Under the pieces are notes generated by a model that was not told the DNA's origin, did not search any database, and worked only from the letters and a program-made list of their open reading frames with translations. Both the position numbers and the translations under genes were made by a program. Below are positions 12,179 through 24,842 of a DNA stretch of 64,000 nucleotides, in pieces (within the stretch, counting starts at the first letter, position 1; each line of letters opens with the position of its first letter). This stretch comes from Armatimonadota bacterium (GTDB taxonomy: Bacteria > Armatimonadota > SYMT01), in NCBI GenBank assembly GCA_041690135.1, contig JAWLHY010000012.1, positions 221,428-285,427 of the forward strand, in the 5' to 3' direction.

Positions 12179-13351
12179 TTACGGAAGCGGCATCGGCTCC
12201 AGGGCCATGCCGCCCTCGGTCGGCTTCACCACCAGCAGGGTGTCTCCCGCCGCTGCATAGGCCTGGGCGCCCTTCAGGGTCTCCATCGGCTCGATGCCCG
12301 GATAGGCCTTCGCGCCGCGCCCGCCACGGTCCGCCGTGGTCATCTGGTTGACCGCCATGGTCTCCTTGGCGATCTTGGCGTCCACCTTCAGGATGCCGAA
12401 GGCGCTGTTGTTCAGCAGCAGGTTCTGGCTGCCCGGCTTGCCGTAGGCGATCATGTCCATCGGCCGGTTGCCGCTGCCGAGCTCGGCCACCGTCACACCC
12501 GTGCTTTCCTGGCCCGGCTTCAGGTCTTCCAGATTGAACCGGACGAGCGGCGTGCACACGTAGGCCGCCATCAGGTATTCCTTATCGCCGTCCCGGTAGG
12601 TGGTGAGCGTCTGGATCGGCGAGGCGGTTTCCTGCTTCCGGTGGGACACGTGGTAGATAGAGGTCGCGTGGCGCTCCACCCCATCCTTCTGGAACGGCAC
12701 CGGTACGGAGACCAGGTTCGACTTGAAGGCATCCGTCGAGAGCACGCCCGCGTAGATCTTGCCGCCGGCATAGGTCATGTCGCTGACGATGCGCGGGGTG
12801 CCCATGCCGCGGAAGGAGTAGCTCTTCTGGCCGGAGACCGCCACCTTGCCCCAGGCCTTGCTGCCGAGGTCGACCGGCGAAACCTTGCCGGCCGGGTCCA
12901 CCGCAAAGAGGGCATAGTTGGCCGGGTTGGCGGCATCCTGGTCGCCGCCGTCGGTCTTGCGGACGGAGATGTAGGTGACGCCGGAGACCGGGCTCACCGC
13001 CACGTCCTTGATCTGGATTCCGGCCGCGGTGGTGCCGAGCCGGCCCGCGAGCGTGGCGCCCAGGTCCGGCACTTTGCTGTAGGCCTGGGCCTTCGAGGCC
13101 TTCTCCATCAGGTCGACCCCGTAGATAGCGCCGGCCTGGTCGTCCGCGAAAAAGAGCACGCCGCTCGGGCTGAACGTAAGCGCGCCGATGGCCTTGTAAT
13201 CCATCGGGCCCTTCTGGAACCCCTGGGTCAGGGCGGATTTCTTCTCACCGGCGGGGGCGGCCTGCGCGCGGGTGGACAGGTTCCATCCGGCCGCGCCGAC
13301 TACCGCGACGCCGGCGAGGGCGAGGCAGAGGCGGGAAGTCTGGCTGCGCAT
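12179..13351 (-). CDS. Secreted hypothetical protein (probable beta-propeller)
   Basis: ATG at 13351 with GGAGG RBS and signal peptide; beta-rich, with YHVSH..ETASP, AAYVCTPLV and AELGSGNRPMDM motifs. Confidence 0.75.
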   Translation of the reverse strand: MRSQTSRLCLALAGVAVVGAAGWNLSTRAQAAPAGEKKSALTQGFQKGPMDYKAIGALTFSPSGVLFFADDQAGAIYGVDLMEKASKAQAYSKVPDLGATLAGRLGTTAAGIQIKDVAVSPVSGVTYISVRKTDGGDQDAANPANYALFAVDPAGKVSPVDLGSKAWGKVAVSGQKSYSFRGMGTPRIVSDMTYAGGKIYAGVLSTDAFKSNLVSVPVPFQKDGVERHATSIYHVSHRKQETASPIQTLTTYRDGDKEYLMAAYVCTPLVRFNLEDLKPGQESTGVTVAELGSGNRPMDMIAYGKPGSQNLLLNNSAFGILKVDAKIAKETMAVNQMTTADRGGRGAKAYPGIEPMETLKGAQAYAAAGDTLLVVKPTEGGMALEPMPLP

Positions 13352-14090
13352 CGGTTCCTCCTGGGAAAAGGGTGGCCATACGGCAAGCAGGCAACAATGA
13401 GCCCGATCCGCCGGCCACGGGTCTATTGTTGTAGACGTTCGACAACCAGTATCGATCACCTTCCACTTTTGTGCGAACTGGGAGCCGGGTAGTATCCGTG
13501 CGCCAATCGTGCCTACGGATCATTACCATTGGATCACTTACCGCCCAAGTGTTGATGGTCCGCGCCCACTCTGCGTCGAGGTAGGATTGGCTCTTGGTGA
13601 ACGGTAGGAGCGCTATCCTTGCACCTGTAGAGGTAGGGCAGGCTCTACGATGCCTGCCCCGTCCTGGGTTCGCACCTGCCGTGCCGTGTGGGACTTCGCT
13701 TATCCGGCGTATGCGAACCCACGGGGCAAATGATCCACTGGCTGTTTTCGTGTAGGCGCGGGGTACCTTGGCCGCACACCCGTGCTAGGTACCCGGCGAG
13801 TGCGGCGGAGTGGGCGTAGTGGTTCATGTGGATGTGGATGCCGACGGTGCGTCATTCCCATTTGCGACCAATAAACTCTGAGAAGATAATCGCGCGTTCT
13901 GAACCCCATCAGTCCGTGCAGGCGGACTTCGCGCTTTTCCAGCTTGCGACTTCAGTCGCCGATCTCAAGGCGCCGGCAGGTTAGCCGGTTTTGAGTCAGT
14001 CTCGCTCAACCGTGGCTGCGTCGCGGGCGGACACAACTGATATGCTTATACGGCCCGCCGGGCCCCAGATTTTGTGCCGGAGAAGACTGA

Positions 14091-15617
14091 ATGTCCGCCT
14101 CTCGACCCAAGAACTCCACGACCGTTTTGGAACGGCCCGCCGCACCCGCACCCGCCGCCGCGCCGGGTACGAAGACCGCGGCCCGCGTTACCGAGCAGCC
14201 CCAGGCGCAGCGCAAGGCCGCCAATGGCGCCGATTACGACCTGGTGGTCGTCGGCTCCGGTCCCGGGGGTTACGTCGCCGCCATTCGCGCCACCCAGCTC
14301 GGCCTCAAGGTCGGCATCGTTGAAAAGGACCACCTCGGGGGAACCTGTCTCAACGTCGGGTGCATCCCCACCAAGGCGATGCTCGCCAGCGTCCAGGCGC
14401 TGCACACCGCCCGCAGCGGCAAAGAGTACGGCTTCACCGCCGCCGACGTGCAGCCCGATTATCCGGGCATGATGGCCCGCCGCGACAAGGTGGTGGAGCA
14501 GCTCCGCAACGGCGTCGGCTTCCTCATGAAGAAGAACGGAATCGATGTCCTGAAGGGCTTCGGCAAGTTCCGTTCCGCTCACGAGATCGAAGTGGCCGGC
14601 GACGAGGGCACGAAGCGCGTCACCGCCGGCAACGTGCTGATCGCCACCGGCTCCTCGGTCAGCCGCCCGCCGATCCCCGGCATCGAGCTGGAAGGGGTCG
14701 TCAACAGCGACACGCTGCTGCGCCTCCCGACCGTGCCGAAGAGCATGGCGGTCATCGGCGCCGGTGCGGTGGGCCTGGAGTGGGGCGACATCTTCAACGA
14801 GCTCGGCACCAAGATCACCGTGCTGGAGATGCTGCCGCGGGTGCTGCCTCCCGCCGACGCGGACGTTTCCGCCGACCTGCAGCGCTCCTTGCAGCGCAAG
14901 GGCTTCGACTTCCTGATGGGGGTCGGGGTGAAAGGCTTTGAGAAGTCGAAGGGCGGCATCACCGTCCGCTACGCGAAGGAAGGCGGCGCCGAGCAGACGC
15001 TGGAGGTCGAGGTGGTGCTCGTTGCCACCGGCCGCTGGCCCGTCACCGAGGGTCTCGGCCTCGACAAGATCGGGGTTCAGCTCGATCGCCGCTTTGTGCC
15101 GGTGGACGACCAGATGCAGACCCGCGCCAAGGGCGTCTTCGCTATTGGCGACGTGACCAAGGGCCCCGCTCTTGCCCACGTGGCGAGCAAGGGCGGCGAG
15201 GTGGCGGCCGAGGTGATGGCGGGCCACAAAGCCCGGATGGACTACCGCACCATCCCGAGCTGCGTTTACACCAGCCCGGAAGTGGCGTGGGTCGGTCTCA
15301 CGGAAGAAGAGGCCCGCGAGCGCTACGGCGAGGTGAACGTGGGCAAGTTCCCGTTCCGGCCGCTGGGCCGCGCCCTGGCCAGCGGGTACAAGGACGGCTT
15401 CATCAAGGTCATCGCCGAGCCGAAGTACGGCGAGATCCTGGGCGTCCACATGATCGGCGCACACGTCACCGACCTGATTGCGGAGCCCACCCTGGCGATG
15501 GCGATGGAAGGCACCGTGGATGAGATCTTCCACACGGTGCATGCCCACCCGACCCTGCCGGAAGCGTTCCAGGAAGCCACCCTCGACGCCTGGCACCGCG
15601 CCATCCATAAGGGATAG
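14091..15617 (+). CDS. lpdA: Dihydrolipoyl dehydrogenase
   Basis: GSGPGG, GGTCLNVGCIP, GAGAVGLE and HAHPTLPE motifs. Confidence 0.95.
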   Translation: MSASRPKNSTTVLERPAAPAPAAAPGTKTAARVTEQPQAQRKAANGADYDLVVVGSGPGGYVAAIRATQLGLKVGIVEKDHLGGTCLNVGCIPTKAMLASVQALHTARSGKEYGFTAADVQPDYPGMMARRDKVVEQLRNGVGFLMKKNGIDVLKGFGKFRSAHEIEVAGDEGTKRVTAGNVLIATGSSVSRPPIPGIELEGVVNSDTLLRLPTVPKSMAVIGAGAVGLEWGDIFNELGTKITVLEMLPRVLPPADADVSADLQRSLQRKGFDFLMGVGVKGFEKSKGGITVRYAKEGGAEQTLEVEVVLVATGRWPVTEGLGLDKIGVQLDRRFVPVDDQMQTRAKGVFAIGDVTKGPALAHVASKGGEVAAEVMAGHKARMDYRTIPSCVYTSPEVAWVGLTEEEARERYGEVNVGKFPFRPLGRALASGYKDGFIKVIAEPKYGEILGVHMIGAHVTDLIAEPTLAMAMEGTVDEIFHTVHAHPTLPEAFQEATLDAWHRAIHKG

Positions 15618-15623
15618 GGATCT

Positions 15624-16562
15624 TCAGCGCACCCCGAGGATCCAACCTTCCTCCTTCTCGACCGCCCCGATCTCCGGTTCCGCAAGACCGGTGGGGCGGT
15701 CGAACCATTTTCCCAGGTCTCCGCCGGCATCTTCCTCGGCTGCCCACGCGGTAACGGCCCGCACCTGGGCCTGGTCGCGGATCGGCGCCGTGGGGTCGAG
15801 CCGCTCCTTCACCAGACCGGGCCAGATCTCCGTGTAAAGAATGCACGGCCCGTTGTCTGGGGTGGGTCGTGGGGCGAAACCGGTCTCGAACGGCCAGACC
15901 CGGCTGAAGGGCCGTAGGTAGGGGTCCTCCCGGAGTTGCAGGAGGCGCGGGATACCCAGCAGCGCCTGGCTGCCGACGCTCCCCGTGCCCAGCAGCTTCC
16001 AGGCCTCCTGTACGCCGCGCACCCGCCGGTCGGTGAGGCGCCATCTCTCCAGGAGGTCCATCTCGTTGAGCGGGTAGGGGAAGCCGGGGCTCCGGGGCGC
16101 CAGGCCCTCCACGCTCCGCCCGCGCGGGCACCCCCAGAAGGGACCCGGTGGTTTCTCACCCACCGCATCGGAATCCCCGCAAACCCGCCGGTTCAGCTCG
16201 CCGGCCACCTCGAAGCGGTTGTTGCCGTTGGCCGAGTCGTCCTGAATGCGCCGCGCCAGTTTGCGCCACACGCAGAGCCACTGCGCCGCCGCCTCCGCGT
16301 GCCCGAGAGCGTTCGCCAATCCGGCGGGATAACCCAGCGGGAAGTCGAACCCCACCAGCACCCTCTTTCCCGCGAAAGCATGTTCCCGCAGCCGTTGGCG
16401 CAGGGCTTCCGTGCATCTGTCCCGCGTCCGGTAGTACGTCTCGGAGTGCTCTCCCCCTGCGCTTCGCTCGCCGACCCACAGGGCATCAGCCGCCGGCCGT
16501 CGCGGGCTGGGCGTGCCGCGGCCGCTCCAATCGATGCAAAAGTACACGTCGAACAATGGCAT
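15624..16562 (-). CDS. Hypothetical protein, probable RNase H-like fold (DUF429-like)
   Basis: MPLFDVYFCIDWSG, LVGFDFPLGYP, EIWPG and EEGWILG acidic motifs. Confidence 0.65.
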   Translation of the reverse strand: MPLFDVYFCIDWSGRGTPSPRRPAADALWVGERSAGGEHSETYYRTRDRCTEALRQRLREHAFAGKRVLVGFDFPLGYPAGLANALGHAEAAAQWLCVWRKLARRIQDDSANGNNRFEVAGELNRRVCGDSDAVGEKPPGPFWGCPRGRSVEGLAPRSPGFPYPLNEMDLLERWRLTDRRVRGVQEAWKLLGTGSVGSQALLGIPRLLQLREDPYLRPFSRVWPFETGFAPRPTPDNGPCILYTEIWPGLVKERLDPTAPIRDQAQVRAVTAWAAEEDAGGDLGKWFDRPTGLAEPEIGAVEKEEGWILGVR

Positions 16563-16689
16563 GCGCGTTATGAAGAAGAGCCGGTGAGAGAGTAGCCAGG
16601 AGAGACGGGAGGTGCCGCACGCCCTCCGGCCGAACCAGGGTGCAGCGGACCGGTAATGGCGCCGGCCGGAGCTCTCCCTTTCACCAGCA

Positions 16690-18228
<1,539 letters not shown>

Positions 18229-18737
18229 GAACTCCGTTGTGCCCATCCTTAGCATGCTCGGAAGTAATACGCCATTCGCAGGTGGCGTGTGATGGATGCT
18301 TCTTGGTAAAGTGGCGGTTTTGATGACCGTAACAGTCTTGTGTCAGTGCATTCTCCAGCCGGGTACCCACGGAGCAGGTGACAGGACAGGGGCTGAAAGT
18401 GGCCGTATCTGGGAGAGGTGCAGCGTAAGGGATTTCCTGCCTCGGACTGGTACACAGTGCCCCCAGCCAGGTACCCACGAAGTGGGTGGCGGGGACAGGG
18501 GGCCGAGAGCGCGGAAGTTCATACCTGCTACAGGCAACAGGCGACGGGAACTGCTCCAGACCTCCTTATCCTGATCCTTATCTTCATCCTAATCCGCGAA
18601 GCCGCCGTTGTTCTTCTGGCTTAGCGGACCGAGCTATCATCTGCTCGTCTCCGGCTGCGACCTCCGCGCCGCACTAACCCGCCTCCGCCAGCGACAACGG
18701 CGGAAATGATTGTACGGATTACAACCGATCCTGTTGT

Positions 18738-18781
18738 ATAGCCGTGATTAGTATAATCGTGATTATACTAATCGCGGCTAT
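18738..18781. repeat. Near-perfect 44-bp AT-rich palindrome
   Basis: ATAGCCGTGATTAGTATAATC-GT-GATTATACTAATCGCGGCTAT, 21-bp arms with one mismatch. Confidence 0.85.
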
Positions 18782-19023
18782 ACTACCCTCCCGCCGTTCA
18801 TCTGCACTCTCCCAGTTCACAGCAGCCTGATAGCTGGTCCCGTCTCGTTTCGGCGTCCCGCGGCATGGGAAACGTGGGCACGAGGAAACCATCGGCGGAG
18901 AACACCGCCGCACAAGACCATCCTACCGGCGTTGGACGTTCGCAGTCCCAAAGCGGCGTAGGAGCACGGACGCCCGCGAGCGGGCGGGTGGCAAAGCCCC
19001 AAGACTTGGGGCACGCACAAATT

Positions 19024-19128
19024 GAGCCCCGGAGGGGCGCTAGAGGATCGGGCGCCCGCATGCGGGCAGGGGGGTGCAAACCCCCGGACCCGAAGCGCAA
19101 ACAGAAAAGCCCTGAAAGGGCGGCAGAA
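19024..19128 (+). repeat. Palindromic REP/MITE-like element, sister of the copy at 26084-26235
   Basis: AGCCCCGGAGGGGCG...GGGGGTGCAAACCCCCGG...AAAAGCCCTGAAAGGGCGGCAG matches the reverse complement of ~26113-26199. Confidence 0.7.
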
Positions 19129-19181
19129 AACAGCTTCTCCGAAAACGGTACCGTTCCGGGTCTCCAGAGGGAAGAGGAACC

Positions 19182-19832
19182 ATGGAACCACGTCGTCGTC
19201 GAGCAGGATCCCGCCTGGGCGCATGGCTGCTCGCCGCGGTCCTGCCCTGGGCCGTGGCGAGTGCGGGCGCGCAACCCCCACCCCTGGGAAGGCCGCTGGA
19301 ATCGATCCCCATCGGCCCCAACAGCTACGCCCGTGTGGACTGGGACCGGATCGCCCGCGTCGATCTGCGTTACTTCGGGATCCCACCGCAGCCCCGCGTG
19401 GCCGAGCTCTACTGGGTGCGCGGCTCGCGCCTTCGCACGCATGCGCGGATCTCCTGGCCCGCCGGCATCGAGCAGATCACGCGCCGGCTGGCGGCCGACT
19501 CGCAGGACTGGGTATTGTTGGGCGCACCGGGCCCCATTCAGAACAGCTACCGCCAGTACGCCAACCTGGACCGGGTGCGCTACGTGGTGGGGGTGCCCGG
19601 TTTCACTCCACCCGGTAGCGCGGCGGCCGACCTCTACACCGTGGGCCGCCGGGGGGCTCGCGTCTACCTCGGCCGTGTCTACCTGCCGGAAGAACTGCGG
19701 AAGGTCCGGCGGACCTTCTCACATGTCGAAACGCTGCGGCCGCGAACCCCAACTCCCGCCACGGAATGGAATTCCACGGCTACTGTCAGGCACGGTCCCT
19801 CTGGCACCCGATATCGTCGAACTCCCGCCTGA
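19182..19832 (+). CDS. Secreted hypothetical protein
   Basis: GAGGAA RBS; signal peptide ending ASAGA; GC3-rich codon usage. Confidence 0.65.
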   Translation: MEPRRRRAGSRLGAWLLAAVLPWAVASAGAQPPPLGRPLESIPIGPNSYARVDWDRIARVDLRYFGIPPQPRVAELYWVRGSRLRTHARISWPAGIEQITRRLAADSQDWVLLGAPGPIQNSYRQYANLDRVRYVVGVPGFTPPGSAAADLYTVGRRGARVYLGRVYLPEELRKVRRTFSHVETLRPRTPTPATEWNSTATVRHGPSGTRYRRTPA

Positions 19833-19867
19833 TGGGTGGACGTGCCCTGTCATGGTGACCTGGAGTT

Positions 19868-19907
19868 CCCCTCTCCCGCAGCGTGGGAGAGGGGTGAGGG
19901 GTGAGGG
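19868..19907. repeat. CCCCTCTCCC..GGGAGAGGGG-type intergenic palindrome (related copy at 21510-21552)
   Basis: Hairpin followed by a GGGGTGAGGG tail. A related CCCCCTTCTC..GAGAAGGGGG..GGGGATGAGG copy is at 21510. Confidence 0.6.
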
Positions 19908-19990
19908 CCGTTTTGCCGGCGGTACGTGCAACGTAAGTCTCAAACTTCATTGACCGGTGGCGGTCGATGATTGCTCCTGACCTCCGGCGA

Positions 19991-21436
<1,446 letters not shown>

Positions 21437-21799
21437 GGACTTACTTCCTGATGACTTCCGCGCTGAAGGCCTTCAATTACTCCACCGCTACTCTGGTTCG
21501 AGCCGCAAGCCCCCCTTCTCTGTGTCGGAGAAGGGGGTTGGGGGGATGAGGTCACCATGATCACCGCACCCGCCAATGTTTACGCACATGGAGGTGAGGT
21601 AACCGAGGCCACCGTACCCGTCAAAGTCAACGTACCTGGAGTCGGTGGGGTGAGGCCACCTGATCACCGCCGATATCGGTATCCATGCAAACGCCTCACC
21701 CATTCCCCCAATTCAACTGTCCAACGGGGAGACCAAATGGGAGAAACGCGCCCACTCCCCCATTCGTTCCGGTAACCCGTGGCGATTCGTGCACTACCC

Positions 21800-22780
21800 C
21801 TACGGATCCCGGCGCCCTTCGGCGGAAGGCCGACCCTCCCCCTCGCGCCCGGCGGGTCGCGCCTGCTGCCGCTGGTTCAGCGGATGGACCCGGGCTTCCG
21901 CCGCATAAAGACCGTCCGGCCCCTGCGAGCCGCGCACGTGCAGGATTGATCCCACCTGGATATCCCGGAACGTCGCACCGGCGCCCTGGGCGCCTTCCCG
22001 AGCGCCGCGCCCGTGGACCAGGCGCGCATTGGGACCGAATACCACCACGGCCTGCATGTTGCGCAGGTTGCCGCGCTCGCCAATGCGGTACTGGAGCATT
22101 ACCGCGTTCCGGCGCGGATCGATCGCCTTCACCTTACCGTGGATCCAGCCCGCCTCGATGCCTTCCTGTGGGCCTGCCTGGAAACCCTCACCGTCCCGAG
22201 GTCCCACCTTCGGAGCCCCTTCACCGTCCCGGGGTCCGAACTTCGGCGCACCCTCGCCGTCACGCGGTCCCTGCTTAACGCCTTCTCCGTCCCGCGGGCC
22301 GACGTTCCGGAAACCCGCTTCGGGCGAAACCCGGTTCCCGGTCTCGGGCGAGATCCGGTCTCCGGCCTCGGCTTCCGGGCCGCCTCGCTTGCGGAAGAGC
22401 ATCACCTCCTGGGCAACCACGGAGCCGTCGCGGAGGATGGTCCCCTGGACGTTCACCTGGAGACCCGGAGCCAGGTCCTGGAGCCTCCCGGCGGTAGGAG
22501 TGGGGGCGGTCCCTTCGGAGGCGGGAATCACGATGCGAGTGGCCGGCGCCAGGTGGATCAGCACGTCGACCATGCCGGCTGCCGGCTGCCCCTCCCGGCC
22601 GCGGCTCACCGGCACGATGAACCGGCCGGTGCGCGCATCCACCGCCTTGATCACTCCCTTGAACCGGGCCGCGCGCGCGCCCACCTCGCGCTCGGCGGCG
22701 ACCGCCGGTTGGGCGACGGCTACTCCGGCAATCACTCCTGTCGATACTGCGAGACAGAGGCTGAGGGCAATTCGCTTCAT
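21800..22780 (-). CDS. Secreted DUF5666-like (OB-fold) protein with GPRDGEG tandem repeats
   Basis: ATG at 22780 with AGGAGA RBS; two GxxKAxD...DL/DI..G..V.V.G modules flank 4-5 GPRDGEG repeats. Confidence 0.7.
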   Translation of the reverse strand: MKRIALSLCLAVSTGVIAGVAVAQPAVAAEREVGARAARFKGVIKAVDARTGRFIVPVSRGREGQPAAGMVDVLIHLAPATRIVIPASEGTAPTPTAGRLQDLAPGLQVNVQGTILRDGSVVAQEVMLFRKRGGPEAEAGDRISPETGNRVSPEAGFRNVGPRDGEGVKQGPRDGEGAPKFGPRDGEGAPKVGPRDGEGFQAGPQEGIEAGWIHGKVKAIDPRRNAVMLQYRIGERGNLRNMQAVVVFGPNARLVHGRGAREGAQGAGATFRDIQVGSILHVRGSQGPDGLYAAEARVHPLNQRQQARPAGREGEGRPSAEGRRDP

Positions 22781-22865
22781 CTCAGGTCTCCTGGCGGGGT
22801 GCTCCCGCGAAGGGCCGGCAAGCCGGCGATTTGACATTGGACGCCTTGGCTGGCGCAAAGTACTA

Positions 22866-24842
22866 CTAGGGATACAACTCGGCGGGCTGCTTCGCTTCGG
22901 CCGGCAACTTCCAGCTCAGGTCTTCCACCCAGGCCAGGTGGTTGAAGTTTCCAATGCCCTCCCGCTCGGCAGCGCGACGGAAGGTGACCAGTTCGCGCAG
23001 GATCTTCTGGCGCTCCGCCTCTGGGGCTTCCGGTCGGGAGAGCGACAGCACTCCGGCGGCCCGCGCCGACAGCTTCGCGTGCTCTAGGCCCTTGCGGAGG
23101 AAGGCCACGCGGCGGCTCGCTTCCGGGTCCGCCTTGGCGGCCTCTGCGGCGCGGACCAGGATCGCCTCCCCCGGCACGAAGGCTGCCGGCGGAAACACCG
23201 CGTGCGCGGCTCTCGCCCAGGTGCGCCAGCGGGAGGCCTCCAACTCTTCGAACACGGAATTCAGGACCGGCTGCTTCTCCGTGGTGTACCGCTCCCAGTA
23301 GTCGAAGTAGCGCTTCACCTCCGGGGCGGCCGCGCCGAACCCGGCGTAGTATTCCTCCAGCAGGGCGTCCGCGGAAGCCTCGGGCCGGGTGTGGAGGCGC
23401 ATCAGCAGGTAGAGGTTGGGTCCCTGCGTGGCCCAGTGGCCGGTGAGGGAGTCGAAGTCGGTCGCGACCATTCCCTCCCGCGCGGCGTGCTGGAAGTCGT
23501 CGGCAAACTGGTGCACGAAGATGAACGGCATGCAATAGCCGTCCAGGAAGTAGTTGGTCCGCGCGAACAGGCGGGCGCCCGTCGCGCGCCAGCCGCTCCA
23601 CTGGCGCTTGTACCACGCGTGCTCGTCCGCCGCCCGCGGGTACCACCCGCCGGAGGGGCAGTAACCCAGCAGGATGTTCGGGTTCAGCTTCACGCCGGAC
23701 GTGGGTGCCTGGAAGTAGTTGAAGTAAACGTAGCCGATCACCGTGGCCTCCGGATGGATCCGGGCGGCCTGCTGCTGAACCGCCAGCCAGAAGCGTGCGT
23801 AGCGGTCCGAAACAAACCGGGATCCCGCCACCTTCGACTTCGCGGAGTAGAACTTGAGGGCGTCCGGTGGGGTGGGGCCGTCCCACGCCTGGCAGCGGTT
23901 GCAGGCGCACAGACCCAGGATGTCGTTCTCGACGGCGTTGAGGAAGCTCGGCCCCTGCACCTTTCCGCCGCCCCGCTGGCTCCAGAGCTTCACGATCTCT
24001 TGCTGGAACTCCGGGTTGGAGACGCACATCGAATGGCGCGAGGTCTTCTTCCGGGGGCCGCGCCGGCCGTCTTCCAGTTGCTGGAACCAGTCTGGGTGCT
24101 CGCGGCCGTACTTCGGCCACCAGTCCGAGAAGGCGTGACCGTAACTCATCCGGACACTGCGGCCCATCCGGTGGCGGCGCAGGAAGACGGTCTGGTCCCG
24201 CTGGTACTGCTCGAGCCCCTTGGCGGTGAAGCCGAGCGCCGGGTTCTGGCTCGCGAACCCCAGCCCCGGGCGCACTCGCCGCTGGAACAACCGGGGAGAG
24301 GTCGTCTGATTCAGGGGACCGCAGGTGACGGTGCGGGTCCGCGGCACAAAGGTACCCAGTTCTCCGGGCCACAGCCACCGGGCCTGCAGCGCCTGCTCCA
24401 GCCACTCGTACGTTCCCCAGAGGGTGCCGGCTCGCGTGTCCGGGTCGAGCGGGTCGCCTCCCGCGTCGTGACCGGCGATGTAGAGGCGGCCTTCCTCTGT
24501 CCGGAGGGTGTACGCCTCGGCGGGTAGCTTGCCGACGTCGATTCCGGCCGCTGCGGTGGCCCGGCAGGCCCCCAGGTAGATCCGCACTTCGGAGGCACCC
24601 GCCGCTGCTGCTTCCGGAAGGACGCGCAGCTTTGCTCCGGTGGCTTTTTCGACGTGGGTGACTAGTTCCTCCGCCGCGTACCGGACGACGGCGGTCGGCC
24701 GATCCGGGAGCACCACCACTGCCGCCGGAGCACCGTTGGTGACGATTGGAACCGAGTTCATTTCCGCCTTCAGTGGCCCGGCGGCGAGGGAGACGCAAGG
24801 GAACGCCAGCCCCAGCACGAGGAGCGCAGTCCGGTTATGCAT
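22866..24842 (-). CDS. DUF4838-family secreted glycoside-hydrolase-like protein
   Basis: Signal peptide; YAAEELVTHVEKATG, EAYTL, GTLWGTYEWLE...RWLWPG, GHAF...HPDWF and MCVSNP motifs. Confidence 0.8.
   Translation of the reverse strand: MHNRTALLVLGLAFPCVSLAAGPLKAEMNSVPIVTNGAPAAVVVLPDRPTAVVRYAAEELVTHVEKATGAKLRVLPEAAAAGASEVRIYLGACRATAAAGIDVGKLPAEAYTLRTEEGRLYIAGHDAGGDPLDPDTRAGTLWGTYEWLEQALQARWLWPGELGTFVPRTRTVTCGPLNQTTSPRLFQRRVRPGLGFASQNPALGFTAKGLEQYQRDQTVFLRRHRMGRSVRMSYGHAFSDWWPKYGREHPDWFQQLEDGRRGPRKKTSRHSMCVSNPEFQQEIVKLWSQRGGGKVQGPSFLNAVENDILGLCACNRCQAWDGPTPPDALKFYSAKSKVAGSRFVSDRYARFWLAVQQQAARIHPEATVIGYVYFNYFQAPTSGVKLNPNILLGYCPSGGWYPRAADEHAWYKRQWSGWRATGARLFARTNYFLDGYCMPFIFVHQFADDFQHAAREGMVATDFDSLTGHWATQGPNLYLLMRLHTRPEASADALLEEYYAGFGAAAPEVKRYFDYWERYTTEKQPVLNSVFEELEASRWRTWARAAHAVFPPAAFVPGEAILVRAAEAAKADPEASRRVAFLRKGLEHAKLSARAAGVLSLSRPEAPEAERQKILRELVTFRRAAEREGIGNFNHLAWVEDLSWKLPAEAKQPAELYP

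Noticed and set aside
13460-13990. ncRNA or small gene in the gap upstream of lpdA
   Set aside because: Only degenerate GTAG-type inverted repeats were seen; no recognisable RNA family or credible ORF.
21542-21672. Three GGxG(A/G)TGAGG..ACC units at ~50-bp spacing resembling a mini-CRISPR
   Set aside because: The units are very degenerate, continue from an adjacent REP-like palindrome tail, and no cas genes are present.
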